A stretch of DNA of 63,858 nt, the filler included, from Choristocarpus tenellus KU-1152 (taxonomy: Eukaryota; Protista; Phaeophyceae): assembly GCA_964200185.2 (NCBI GenBank). It is 15 parts of 15 records of this genome, joined end to end, with 100 filler letters (N's around TTAATTAATTAA, not from the genome) between each part and the next. Parts side by side here need not be neighbours in the genome. Positions count along the whole stretch, not along the records: positions 21,803 to 25,463 come from CAXNAD020018660.1; positions 25,564 to 35,411 come from CAXNAD020003334.1; positions 35,512 to 39,607 come from CAXNAD020016242.1; 12 more parts are not named here. One strand, given 5' to 3'. Every line of letters starts with the position of its first letter. Positions within the stretch are counted from its first letter, which is position 1. The notes below the pieces were generated by a model. That model was not told where the DNA came from. It saw nothing but the letters and a program-made list of their open reading frames with translations, and ran no database searches. This document shows, piece after piece, positions 23,461 to 36,723 of this stretch. Position numbers and translations under genes: made by a program.

Positions 23461-24035
23461 GAAAGTACTTCAATGATTCCTGTTTCTTTTTCTTCTCATC
23501 AGGGCAAGTCCTATGTACAGTAGTACCATTCTATTATTATTATTAGTTACTATCTTGTGATTTGTGTGCCCTGGTATCCTTCTTCTCTTGCAGGTAAATA
23601 AAGAAATTACATATATTTTTTTGTGCGTGTGACTTTTGGGGTTAGGGTTAGGGTTAGGGTTTGACTAAAAGGGTGCAAAGTATAATTTGTACCCTGCGTA
23701 TGTATGACACAATGATTTTGCTTGTCACAACATCAGAGTAAAAAGATCACAAAAGCTGACTAGAAACAGCTAAGAGCTCCAAAAGCAACGGTTCTTCAAC
23801 ATCGAATTTCACTCCCTCCACCATACTGAAGTATTGACTTGTTTTGTTTTGGGTGTCTGATTTTGTGAACCCTCTAGAGACGACTTATAAATCCAACATG
23901 GTCCAAATATATAGCCAGTTTGGTGTTTTCCCAAAAATAAACAAAAATAAAAATTGAACAATGAAAAAACGACAAAAACACTCCAAGAGCAAATACCACC
24001 ATTGCACCACTATTACATACAAAAAACAAGAAACC

Positions 24036-24083
<48 letters not shown>

Positions 24084-24152
24084 CCCCGACCGCTCCCTCC
24101 CCTGCCCGATTTTATACTTGTTTTGTGATTTTATTTTGGTCANNNNNNNNNN

Positions 24153-24194
<42 letters not shown>

Positions 24195-24493
24195 CCCAAA
24201 AACAAAAACCCCCCCCTCCCCCCCATTCAAAAAAAAAAAAAAAAAACCCCCCCCCCCCCCCCCCCCCCCCCATTCAAGAGTCCGTCCTTGAAGGGACTTC
24301 ATATTCTCCTGGATTTTTTTGAATATTGCAGTTGAGTCTTTCTTAGCCCCACCAAAGAGGTGCTGACAATTTTCAGCACACACCTTTTTTGTCCCCATCG
24401 ACTGTGCTTCAGGCTCCACCCATATCAATTGCAACTTTGCCCCCCTCACTCCCCCTGCCCCAACATCTTCACGGATCCCTTACCTGGTGGCAG

Positions 24494-24696
24494 GTCGGGA
24501 TGTTTTTGCTGGATCCGACACCCCTCTCCCAGGGCTTGTCTGCACGGGGGATTCTGTTTGGCCGGGGATAGGTGTTCCCGCAGTGGCGGCAAGTGGTACC
24601 CTGGTGGCTAATATGATGGTCTCACCCCTGAGACAGCTCCGTATGCTGAGGAACATTGACTTTGGTGGTGTTGGCATCCCTGATTCAGCAGAATGA
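24494..24696 (+). CDS. CRTISO-like, terminal exon
   Basis: CAG|(G)RDVFAGSDTPLPGLVCTGDSVWPGIGVPAVAASG...stop. Phase 1 matches the previous exon. Confidence 0.88.
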
Positions 24697-24856
24697 GAGG
24701 GAGAGAGAGGAGAGAGAGAGAGAGGATCAAGAATGGTCGCTGGGGGGAGGATTTTTTTTTTAATTACTAAGAGTAAAGATTACTTTAAAAAAAAAGTGAA
24801 CTGAGATTTAACTCTGCGTTAAAAGAATGGTTTTGTGGGGTACATCGTTGGGGCCT

Positions 24857-25061
24857 GGTATCTACTCTAAAGTGTGATTGGTTGAGAATAGAGGGTGGGT
24901 ATCTACTCCGAAGTTTGATTGGTTGAGAATAGAGGGTGGGTATCTACTCTGAAGTTTGATTGGTTGAGAATAGAGGATGGGTATCTACTCCGAAGTTTGA
25001 TTGGTTGAGAATAGAGGGTGGGTATCTACTCTGAAGTTTGATTGGTTAAGGACAGAGGGTG
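24857..25061 (+). repeat. 41-bp tandem repeat x5
   Basis: GGTATCTACTCYGAAGTTTGATTGGTTGAGAATAGAGGGTG units, head to tail with no spacers. Confidence 0.95.
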
Positions 25062-26100
25062 CACGAAGCATAGCCCTATTTTTTTAAAACGTATTTCCAG
25101 TGGTTGTTCCACTGACATTTGCCCCTGGTAAAGAATAGACCAGGAGCAGCACATGATGCTCCAGAGCTAATGACAGGCACTTGACCCAACTATTCACTCT
25201 ACTACGAACAACAGGTTCCATTTTACTTCTTCTGTGTGTGTATGCCATAATATCATATAATAGTATCATTCCTGGGTTGTTTTGTTGTTGACAAGGGCTC
25301 ACTCATCAATTAGTAGTTCAATGCACTCTGTTGATCAATTGTTTCACACATTGAGCAGATACAATGATGAATGAGGAGGCGTTGTCCCCATGACATAAGA
25401 CTCGAGAAAGTGTGGGGCAACTGTAATCAACCTGTGTTGCGTTTTTTTTTTTTGGGACTGTGTNNNNNNNNNNNNNNNNNNNNNNNNNNNNNNNNNNNNN
25501 NNNNNNNTTAATTAATTAANNNNNNNNNNNNNNNNNNNNNNNNNNNNNNNNNNNNNNNNNNNNTACTTTTTAAAGACCGTTTTCGCAGAACAACCATCCT
25601 CATAGCTCCGCTCCATCCTCAATTTTGAAAATCCTCTGTTCAATACGGACTGTTGATTTGTCTGTTACGCACTGGTCGTTACTTTCACTAGTTCATCATC
25701 ACCAACCAATCATCATCAATTACCGTCAGAACACCGTAGTACACAAAAGTCGCTCCGCATCCCATACACAGGAATAGTATGCGTTACTTGAGTTGTATCA
25801 CATACTGATTCAAGCTTGCTCTGTTGTTTACCTTTTGTTTTTCCTTTTCGCTTTTTTATTAGCAGCAGAAGACCCCAGTTCTACGTTAATTGTTGATTCT
25901 TATTTTTTTTCTTGGTTGTCATTGCCCCCTTATAATACACCAAGGTCACTCTGCAATAAGTGTGTACCTGATGCATGCCTGGATGCTATATGTTCAGAGT
26001 TAAACCATCCACAGAAACCTTTGTCCGCCAAGGTAACTAACAAGCCTCTCCACATAGCATGGACTACTTTCGTTAAGTATCTCATTGAAAGAGCACTGAA

Positions 26101-26279
26101 GAGCCAAAGTATCTTAGAGGGTAGAGCAGCGTCCATTTGCGAGTCAAAATACGATGTTGTGATTTTGATGTAATTTTGGCTATTGTGTTTGTTAGGNNNN
26201 NNNNNNAAAAACATGGGAAGCCAAGCCCCACAAATGGACAAACAGGGAAAAATTCGTACCGTCTAAGATACTTTCACTC
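26101..26279 (-). mobile_element. MITE family A (internal N gap), TSD TGAA
   Basis: GAGCCAAAGTATCTTAGAGGGTA...CTAAGATACTTTCACTC, with TGAA on both flanks. Confidence 0.9.
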
Positions 26280-27272
26280 TGAACTTACATTATCATTCAT
26301 TACCAGTGCATTCAGAACAAATGCATCGATGCTTTGCAGCACTATGACTTCCCTTCGCAACACAGACATTGTGCCCTTTGGGAGAGACGTCTGTCACAGA
26401 TTACCCGGCTCCCTAGGACAACGAAACACTGGGAACTGACATCGTATCTGATGAGAAATGCATATAGAAGGACTGAATTGCGTCCCCCGATGTCCTCGTC
26501 ACCTAGACAGAAATCATCAAAGTTCACACAAAAAAATGATGCAGGGTGTAAATTGGTCAAAGAATGCTAGAAGAGTTGGAAGGAAAAGAGAAAGATCTTT
26601 GAGTCAAAACCATTGAGGGTAGGGTTAGGGTTGCATTTTACGGATCCTGAGAAAGGGTAAATACAAATGCAGGAAGAGCCTTCCGTAATTTGGTTTCACT
26701 TTGTGTGTGGAAAGAGGGAATATCAATGTTGCGTATACTATAGTGCATATAAAACAATGAAATAGGGTGAATTGCATGGGTAAGAAAGATGGTTTAGAAT
26801 CCATATTCTCAAGATTACGCACGATTTGGATATACTTTCCCAAAATGGAAAACGATCTCCCATATTTGGTTATCTCACTTTCACTGCCCCAACTACCACC
26901 TCGGTCTGTGCACGGAAATTCAAGGCAACTGTGCAAGACAACAACACTCCTGTATCTAATGGACAGTCCCTGTTCAATATCAATTAGACTGGACAGAAAA
27001 TAATAAAAAAATCAAATCAAATCTAGACCCTTTCACCTCCGCACAAGAACATAAATGAATGAAAAAAGCAAGGATGAGGCCAACCACTACTGACTGCAGA
27101 AGACACCACACCACAACACTACAACAAAAATTTCCGTGAGGAGAGGTCAAGAAAATATCACAAGAGTCAAAGCTGAGATAATTGAAGAGCCAGGAAAAAC
27201 TCATTGCATCCCCCACACCATGCCTGTATCCACCTGCATAAACGAAATAAAATGTTCTCCCAGAGTACTTAC

Positions 27273-30200
27273 TTCTCTATCCTGAAAGACCGTGAACAGA
27301 TTGTCTGAATGTACGTTAGTGTTCTTCCGAGTCTCCTCCACAAAAAAGTTTGCCAGAGCCTGTGAGATTTATGAAGAAGGGTGAATCCTTAAATGACTTT
27401 GCTTGTCTTGTGAACATGCAACACCAAACGTGCACAGCTCGGCTGTCAGATGTAATCACTATTAACCTCAGTAATTAGCATTCCTTTTGTACGGATTTTT
27501 GAACAACCTAACCCTAAACCTAACCACTCAAAACCAGAACCATACCAAGATTGACTTAAATGGCTCTTAAGGAACTTACACAAAAAGCACCTTTCTTGCG
27601 CCAATACAAAGCCTTCAATTTGTTAACATAGGATTGATATGATGCCTGCATTCGCCCAACTGCAATACCCCCCCATGATCTTGGCATGGTTTATGAAGAT
27701 AGCTCCCTTTATCCACAACCATGAACCTCACTCTAGTCACCGACTTAATAATTCTTGTTAGTTTTGTACAAGATCTATAGCACAGTTCAGCAAAGTTGTA
27801 AAACACACACACACACACATACTACTACTGAAGGACGTAAGAGGGCTTATCACAAGCACTCACATGACAGATGCGAACTGTGCTGCTGGAGTGGTTGATG
27901 ACTTCGAAAGGAGTGCCATCTTCATCCATTGACCATTCAAACATAGGCTATTATATTTGTCAGGGTAAGGGATAGGGTATGAGCAATGAAACGAAATTGT
28001 GGAGAGGGGATATGGAAAGGGAAACGTTGTATTTTGTTTGGGTCACTTCCTACCAGTGGTCAGTCCGGATTGACAACAAACACACAGCCATCATATGCAA
28101 GGAAAAAGAAGCACTGCACAGATGCATACTGTTAATATGAAGTATAAGATTTAAAATGTTTCCCATCAGATGATAAATGTTGAACTACACAAAAGTTATC
28201 ATAAATAAAAATAATGAGACATACTGTATTTCAGTGGACTGCTGTTGGATGAAGGTCCAACAGTCCCACCTACTGATGTGAAAAAAAAATGTAGTAGAAT
28301 GCAAGCTATTCACGGATCAAGGTCTGTCCAATTTTCATGTCAGCCCAAGGTGAACATGAAGTACCCTTGCTTCAGACCCAACATCTGTCAACTTCCCTTC
28401 GCTGCCCCCTCATTCCCTTCCAGTCGGGATCATGCCCGGGCGAAATAATGGAGAATTACTGAGGTGCATAGCCTTACAAATGAAGTATGCTGAGGAAGCA
28501 GACCTCTTTTTTACATAATACCACATTATACTCACTGATAGAGCACTTGCTTCTACCACACTGCAAAAAATCGTTCAAAGTAAGCAACAGTTGAGAACAA
28601 AAATATACAAGATGGAAAGCACGAGGTAAATACTACTAAGACATCATACACCAGAGTAAATGGCAGTGAGATACTAGCAGAGTTGAGAGGAATCAGCCAC
28701 TGCTCTTTTCCATCCATATTTACCATTACACCATAATCAGAATCGATTGTTTAGACTCAAAAATATAAAGGCAAAGCTTCTGCCACAATCTTTGGAAACC
28801 CCCTGCCCCTCATATTCTTCCCCAATGCCTCTCAGAACAGGGCTTTCAAAACAGTCCATCTGTGTCATCTATCCTATGATATAAATAGCGCCAAAATCGT
28901 CATGCCAACAGAAAAACGAAATGTTTTGATTGCGTCAATAGTAACAGCAAAGCTAGAATGTTACTACAGCAAAGGTTGAAGTTCAGTCCATCTCCGGAAG
29001 TACAAGTCTCTTTCTCAAACTCCCACCATCAGTGCCCTTGTAAGAGTTCTAATCTTATTACCTTCTCTGGGTGAAACATTACAGCATAAATTGGCAGATC
29101 AAAAGCTTCCACAACAGAGATGTATTCCTTGCCACCTCTGTCAGTACTAGTGGATAGAACACTACACGCACACGAGGAAGATCAATTAAAAAAATCAGAG
29201 GGATAGAAAGAGGAAAAGTTGTAAAATTATGAGAATACAAGAGGATACATGAGATCATTCTTCCTCAAGACACAAAAAAATCAAAAATCAGATCTCGGCA
29301 TGTGATCATAGCAAACACAACATTTGATTTGTATGAGATGGGCTTACAGCAGTAGAGGGCTGGGGTTGCCAGACATGTGCAACTTTTACTGTAGAGGTTG
29401 AAAGGGATGTGTAATAGGCGTAACAAAGACAACACTGATGCACCATCTTGTATCAGTGCATCAAGTCGATACTACTCAAGAGCAGATGAAGACCGAGTGA
29501 TTTTCAATATAGTCACAGCTGTCACAATGAAGGAGTCGTCCAGTTGACATGACACTGAGGTCGACAGGATAGAAGATTAACGCATGGTTAAATCTTACTA
29601 GCGGTGATACCAATTGGGGCATATAGCGTTACAAAGACCTACTCTAGAAGGTATTACTTACGTAGTTGTGACTCAATCATCACCCACATGCATCATTTAC
29701 CTCACCTGAACAGATCACAGAGTGAACTGTTATAGAAATCTGCAGGTGTAACACCCTTATTGTGATTCATGAACATCAGTGGCTCCGTAGACACTTCTGC
29801 AATAAGTTCTGTTGTAATGCCTGGTTGTAGCAAACACACATAAGCCCATCCAAACACAAACCCATGCATACACAGAGACGGCATGCAGTAGGTAAAAGGA
29901 GAAAATTCACTCACATACTATCGAGATTCAAAACTGTATGAACTACCTTGTGCTTTGTGTGCATTGCTCATTCTCTCACCTACGCTCATTTCAGCGCCTT
30001 CTTGCAGCAAAACAATGTTGTTGTCAGCCCTCTCAATTTTTCAAAAACTCTTGTCACTAAATACTATGTTACCAACAAACTACAAGTCGCACAGCTGTTG
30101 TACTGACATGTCGCATGACTGCGTGTACCTTGCACAAAACTGCGTATCATGCCACACGAACACCACGGAACAATAATTGTGTGGCACGTAACTGCAATGC

Positions 30201-32428
30201 AATGTCACGTAATTGTTGGTGTTGATATGTAATATGTGCTAGTATTTTAGGATTGGGAATAGAGGGGGAAAAAAACGTAAAAAGTTTAACTTCGACTTGA
30301 ACTATATTGTTCTCTATTGAGAAACGTGTCCTGGCATCCAGCACCCATGCTTGACCCTCCCATCTTCAATCCTGAGTTCATCAACTATGATACACCACTA
30401 CGTCAGGAGGCTACTTGTTCTTTTGTTTTTCTTGCAAGCAAGAAACAGACTGTCTTCCTGCATGTCAGCTTTTCTTTTTCTTCTTAGTATGTCTAAAGTA
30501 TACGATTGCGTCACATTCAACAACAAAAAATACCAGCCCATGGAATACCTCGGTTATTATTATTACTACTACTATTATTATTATTATTTTCACGTAGGAC
30601 TCCTTTCTTAACTATTTCTACACTATGAAATAGAGACGGAATTGGCTGCACTTCACAGGGATAAGGCCTGGCATTGGCACCACATCAGCCACTGCTGATC
30701 TTACCTGAGAACATTCGTGAGGTGTACGCCTCCTGGTAAAGAGACAAGGGCTGAGTCATGTTCATTGCATCAAAGCCTTGTTTGAGAACATAATCATGGC
30801 CTGCTACCGCCTGTGGATTAATTTGCATCAAAAGTCAACAATGTGTGGGTTGGACGCAGATTGAAACCTTGCACATGAACCACAAGAATGGCCCAATCAT
30901 GTGCATGTGCTGTATCTTATATACCTGCCAGTCTGTGCAGGGGTACCTTTCACAAACACTGTGTTGCAGTCCGAGGGTAAGGAAGTAACAAGAGGGGAGC
31001 AGGAAATGGTCAAATGATGAAGTAACCTTACAATGAACACAACCAATTATGCACTTTGCGCATTACGAAGCTAATATTTTTTTTTTTGTCGACAGTATCA
31101 ACTGGATTTGATTTTTTTGTTGAATGCTGCAAACGTTTGAATATTTCGAAACACATTAGGTATGATCAAAGTTCATGATCGTAACTTTAACCCACAGAAG
31201 TTTATGAGACAAACAGACCGAGAAATGAAAAAATGAAAAAGCAGCAATAATTAGTGACAGAAAATCAAAATTTGATTAAAAAAAAAAGGAGTGATATGGA
31301 TGCACTTGTATCAGTTATACAGAAAAACGCAACAAAGCAACAAACACGCTCAGTGAATCGACACCAAGGGAGGATTCTTATTTCCTCCCATCTGCATCAA
31401 ACATTGCTACCTAGTCAGGAGTTGAGCAAGTGACCAGCTTGCCCGAGGAGAGTTTGCTCCACCATTACCCATTCTACCAACATCCACTATTCTTGAGTCT
31501 GCTCTGCTCTAAGATTCTTCCTATTCCTCAAACTCTGAAACAACATACGCAAAGTTCAGTTGAGTCGCTCTACTACAGTTACAGGTCACCGTTTGTCTGT
31601 ATTCCACTAACTCTAGTACATAACTGTTCTACAAATCAGTACCTTTTCCTAAGTATATTAAAGATGCACATTATGGTATCACATTTTCTCCTTCTTGTGG
31701 CTATGAAAAATACGTAAGACTAGGTTGAATTTTGCTGATAGGGTCAGGGTAACTTCATACTAATGATAGGTTTGTTCAAAACCCTCACAAAAAATTCTTT
31801 AAATATGATTTGAGACTCCTCATCGTCCCCAGTGGTTAAGGGTCTGTTCAATACATAAATTTGAGGGTTCGATTCCAATTGAATCCAAACTTATTTCAAC
31901 AAAATTCTGATTTAGATTATCCTATTCCATGTGGCAATCGCAAGAGATTGTACTCCACCATCAATAATATATACCAACACAACACAAAAACAAAGGACTA
32001 TGATTGAAGTAGGAACGTCGAGGAAGGTTCAGGACAACATTCAAGGAAGTGGAGCCATGAGCAGTGAGAGTGCTGAACCCAAAACCCAAGAAGCAGGTCG
32101 CTAACGGAGGATATATAGTACTTTTATTAATAGTGCAACAGCTATTCAAAGTAGTTAGTATGAGAAGTAGTGTATGTAGATAGATAGTTATAGCTACTAT
32201 GCTGCCTCTGACCACGGGTCACAACAGTCCCCAGACTAAAGCAAAGACAAAAAAAATGGTAACAATAGTTCATGACCTGCCCTACACACTGTTTTCAACT
32301 TATGTTGAACTGAGGAATGTATGTGCGCTCTTTTCACCTGAGCAATCCACTCGAATCCAAGGCAAGTTCCCCACACTGGGAAAAAAATTCCGTCTCTGTT
32401 CAATTTTATGGCATAACTTATGGCCCAT
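27273..32428 (-). CDS. GGH: Gamma-glutamyl hydrolase (peptidase C26), six internal exons: 32338-32428, 30705-30810, 29706-29820, 29062-29161, 27864-27947, 27273-27359
   Basis: The spliced product includes FFPVWGTCLGFE (catalytic Cys), FDAMNMTQPL..SRMFS, EPLMFMNH, VLSTSTDRGGKEYISVVEA..PIYAVMFHPEK (catalytic His-x-Glu), PMFEW..INHS and LANFFVEETRKN. All introns are GT-AG with consistent phases. The 5' and last exons were not located. Confidence 0.92.
31813..31886 (+). pseudogene. Degenerate tRNA-like sequence (SINE head or tRNA pseudogene)
   Basis: A-box-like CAGTGGTTAAGG and B-box GGTTCGATTCC at tRNA spacing. Stems are poor. Confidence 0.45.
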
Positions 32429-35160
32429 CTATGGAGGGGAGGGGGGGGGGGTAGAGCATTAAAAAAAATAATTGTAGTTCAATTCTCAAAACAAATTTAA
32501 CAAAATGAATTAAAAATTAAGACTTTTCTCTCATTCACTGTGATTTTTCAAATAATTTTTTTGCAAAATTTTGTTGAATCAGTCACCTCTAAATGCAAGT
32601 ATCCCATTCCATACATATCATTTATATTTCTGATGATGCAATTGGGTGAAAGGCCATGACTGACTTGAACTTCAAGCCAGTGTAAAACACTTGACCCCCA
32701 CCTCAAAATATCTAGCTGTTGGCATCTACAAAGAAATGGGGGGGACCACTTTGCAAGTTCTGATAGATCTTGGACTTTCTAGCTCACCTAAGGATACTGC
32801 AGAGGGATAAACTAGGGGGCACAGACGAACAACAGACTTCGACAGATGTTTCTTCACGACTCAAAAGTCAATCAAGAATTATTGACACCCCGAGCAAGGA
32901 GTCCTAGGAAGGCAAATAACAAAAGCAAGAGGTCGAGTAGTCAGGCCTCAGAGGCACCTTTGGAAGTGGGGACGCGATAAAATAAAGGGGGGGGGCTGAG
33001 GAAAGATCAGAAAAGGGTCCCCTCACAACTGCAGCAAGGAAGAAATGGGTTGAGGACACCACCAAACCTAATGCTCAAGAGGTTAGGAAAGATTATGCCA
33101 AAGAGCAAATGGAGAACCTCAACTTGGTCGACGGAGAAACTTGGTCAGCAGAGAGGTGCTTTCTGAGGGGCAGGCAAGCGTACTGCTGATCCTGTACTGC
33201 CAGTTTCTTATCTACAATTATACGGGCTAAGCTGGGGCAGTAAAGGTATTTGGCCTAACAGCAGACGTGGGACATGACAAGGATTTTAGCACCGTATAAA
33301 CTTGGGGGTTGGAAGAAGAAAAGGACATCCTTTGCACCTCTGGGACAGAGAGGGGAATTGTTCTAGTGGAAACTGACGGGAGGTGCAAGCTCCTTAAACC
33401 TCACCTCAACGAGATGGAACTGTTCATCTTCACACATCAGTTGTAGGGAAATAAATCTAGTCCCTTTTGTCAGGATTTGGTGACCTGGGTTAAATAAGTT
33501 TGGGATGGAACTCTCAATGAGGGGTCTGGTTATCATCCTGAAGCGCTGGGCACTATTTGAAAAATGCTGCATATAGACAAGTTTCGACATATAGTTATCT
33601 TGGTAGCATGGGAAGCAGTAGATCAGCTATCAGTATGTAAAGGAGAGTCCGATTGCCTGAGTGAGAGATTAGATACTAGGTTGAGATGGTATGGTGACCT
33701 AACCTTAACTGGCATCGGAATGCAGGTGGATGAAACAAGCAGAATATGGCAAGCTGGGTACCCATGCCCAAGGGGATATGACGAAATACATCAAGACAGG
33801 AGATATTGGAGGGAGACGTATTCAACCACACAAAAGTTCTAGACAACGTGAAAAATATGAACAAGTTAGCAAGACCAATGAGTGCCATAAAGGGGGGGAG
33901 TAGAGGAGATTTCGCATCAAGATTATGAGGCGGAACTCATGGTGGAAGGTGGTAACAATGACAACATTGAACCTAATGAATCCGACCGAGCCTTCAAAAA
34001 TCAATATCAAAAGACGACCCCGCACTCGGAAAAGCGCAACAATTTTTGTTCTCTAAACTGTCCTGTACTGCCAACCCAAACTATTTGAGTTACAAAATGT
34101 ATCCTACAAGTCCTGTGTACATGTTCATCCCAATCATATAGGTTTCGCGTCATGAATAGGTAAAACAATCAGCTGAGTGTGAAAACAAGTTTATACCATC
34201 AAAAACATAAACTCTCCCCTTGCATAGATTATGCATCCTATTTCACGCTGTATGTAGAATTGAAGGTCTTCTACAGCTTGATCGATGTGTTCAGATGTCA
34301 GATATCATTCCATGTATATTTCATGGGATGAACCAACATGTAGAGGATTTGACAGTGGTTTGAAGACTCCAGTCTACTTCGTGGGACTGGAGTATTTTCC
34401 CCAAATTGGGACTAAACATCACATATCTTAGGTCCCACATTATCCAACTCCAAAAATCCCACATCAAAATTTCAAAAATCTTGATTGTTACTTCTCTACA
34501 TAACAGTTCGACCTCCAACTGGTCCTTGTAGCTCCCCCAACTGCATTGGAGGGCATGTATGATCGGCTGGCTCTGGTCTCAGTATCCCTGCTGAAAGAAT
34601 GTTGTGCTGGGGCAATGCAGATACCCAGGGGTCTTGTTTTGCCAACCTACCTCAGTATGAAGTGGGTCAGTGCCTCAGCACAAGGTTCTGTCACCATAGA
34701 TACCAAGACCAGGGTCACTTCTCCAATCAATCGAGGGTAGAGGACATGCGGAAGGAGTAGGTCAAGAGAGACTTGAGGATTGGTTTGAGGTATGAGAGTT
34801 GTTGAGGGGCATGACAGAACTGGCTGATCAAACAGTACAGGAAACAGGAGAGGGAGCAAGGGTGGGAAAAATACTGCTAGATGACTGCAGGGGGGGTTTG
34901 CAGCAGATGATGACATGACCCGGGCAGAGATGGAGCCCAACGTTCCAAGCCTGGGGTGGGATTGAAAGTCATTTTGGAAGGAGATTAGACTTCTAAGGAC
35001 CGATTGCCTAGAGTTCATGGTCCAAAAAAGGATACACATACACACAAACAGGGAACTTGGAGTTGGAGGGTAACCTGGAATACTGAAACTATATTAGTGG
35101 GAATAACAAGGGGTGTTGATGAAGAATGTCAAAACAGACGCAGTTCAGGGCAGGGCCTTC

Positions 35161-35411
35161 TGTGCAATATAGGCTAGGAACTATATAGATAGTTATATGT
35201 TTAGTGAACAGCAGAATACAACAGAAGTATTGACTGAGTATAGTAAGGGTCAAGGATTTGATTTGGTGTGCTTAGGGTCATAGGTTCGAGTCTTGATGGA
35301 TTGAATTTTATTTTGTTCAATACAAGTGGCTGATGTAGTGCGACTGACACAGACACATTTTGACGTGTCTGATGACGTGCGTCATAGATAATAATATTAG
35401 TAAGAGCACCC
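35161..35411 (+). mobile_element. Copia LTR (tRNA-containing family), truncated by gap
   Basis: TGTGCAATATAGG start, GGTTCGAGTC box, then GACTGACACAGACACATT..GACGTGTCTG..GACGTGCG, as in the other copies. Confidence 0.8.
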
Positions 35412-35511
35412 NNNNNNNNNNNNNNNNNNNNNNNNNNNNNNNNNNNNNNNNNNNNTTAATTAATTAANNNNNNNNNNNNNNNNNNNNNNNNNNNNNNNNN
35501 NNNNNNNNNNN

Positions 35512-35874
35512 CTGTTCTACATAATGAGGAAATAATCGAGTTATTTACACACAAAAGTCTTGGGAACACCAGTTTCTTTAACATGCAGGAACAGACTCCC
35601 TATCCCTGGTTCTGTGACAAACGTGGTGCTATCCAGACGGGTAGCATCACAGGCTTCAATGGGAGAACGAAGCACGTGGACATAAACTGAAATGCACCGG
35701 AGAATACGTGGACCAGGGTCTATTCCACGCACGATACATTCCTACATCAAAACAGCTGGCCAATATTTTGACCAAGTCTTTGCGTGAGAACCTTACTTCT
35801 GATTTAATGCATTCTGTGCTTTCGCGTCGGGGGTGAGCTTTTATCAGCAACTTTGCCGCACGCTCATGGGGGAG
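35512..35874 (+). mobile_element. Copia RNase H C-terminus and polypurine tract
   Basis: GRTKHVDI and YIPTSKQLANILTKSL. PPT GGGGGAG at 35868-35874 lies directly before the LTR. Confidence 0.85.
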
Positions 35875-36174
35875 TGTGCAATATAGGATGATAGTCTCTG
35901 TAGGATAGGAGTCATGGGTTCGAGCCTCGACGGGCTTGTTCGTTTTTTTTTGTTTTGCTACAAGTCGCTGATGCAATTACGACTGACGCAGAACGACTGA
36001 TACAGAATGACTAACACAGTGCGACTGACACAGACATGTTCTGACATGTCTGCTGACGTGCGCAGTAGGTAGCAAGGCAGGCCACCCCCCTTCAAGGGAT
36101 GGTGCTCACTCCACTAATTAATTAATTCATACCACACATAAAGCAAAACTCTATTCAGACAGCTCTTTTGCACA
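35875..36174 (+). mobile_element. Copia 3' LTR (internally deleted in U3)
   Basis: TGTGCAA...TTGCACA perfect 7-bp terminal inverted repeat. It follows the PPT, and mariner sequence resumes immediately after it. Confidence 0.88.
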
Positions 36175-36723
36175 CATTTGTGGTATAGGAAGTCGTATGC
36201 AGAGGATTCACTGCCTGCAATCAAGACCAAGATGCCTTGGTTGCAGGGGAAGCACATTGTTGTTCAGCAAGACAGTGCTACCCCCCACACGGACAAGGGC
36301 AATGCAGAAATCTTGTCAGGGGCAGGGAAGACTGAGGGGTGCCCGATTAGGCTTGTGACGCAGCCATATAGCCATATAGCTCCCCCGACGTCAATAGCAT
36401 GGATCTGTGCTTCTTCAGGTCTTTGAAATGCGGGATGATGGAGGATGGGTTTGGGTCCGTCGAGGAGATGGTTAAGGTCATTAAGACACAGTATGAGGAG
36501 TATGATGAAACCACACTTGAGAGGGCTTGGCAGCTCCTTTTGTGGTGTACAATCAAGTACGTAGATATGAAGGTGGGAAGGACTTCAGTGTGGAGCACAT
36601 AGAGGTAAGGGAGAGGTAGTTGTCTGGTGAACTTGAAAACGCGCTGAAGGTAGACATGGAGACTTTTTCTGTGGCAGATAAAATTGTGATGGATGGGGAG
36701 TATTAATAATAATAAAAAGAGCT
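36175..36723 (+). pseudogene. Mariner-like transposase 3' part (same family as 1-969)
   Basis: KTKMPWLQGKHIVVQQDSATPH..MDLCFFRSLK..YDETTLERAW. Colinear with ~448-985. Confidence 0.9.

Noticed and set aside
23874-24449. Gly/Phe- and Pro/Lys-rich ORFs
   Set aside because: They are translations of poly-C/poly-A low-quality sequence around an N10 gap inside an intron.
24857-25061. CRISPR-like array
   Set aside because: The units are contiguous with no unique spacers, the context is eukaryotic, and there are no cas genes. The same applies to 23135-23460.
27591-27659. Candidate extra minus-strand exon (GRMQASYQSYVNKLKALYWRKK)
   Set aside because: It breaks the phase between the two flanking GGH exons, which already join to give the expected sequence.
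32700-35150. Purine-rich region resembling decayed TE coding sequence
   Set aside because: No recognisable motif in the frames examined, so left unannotated.
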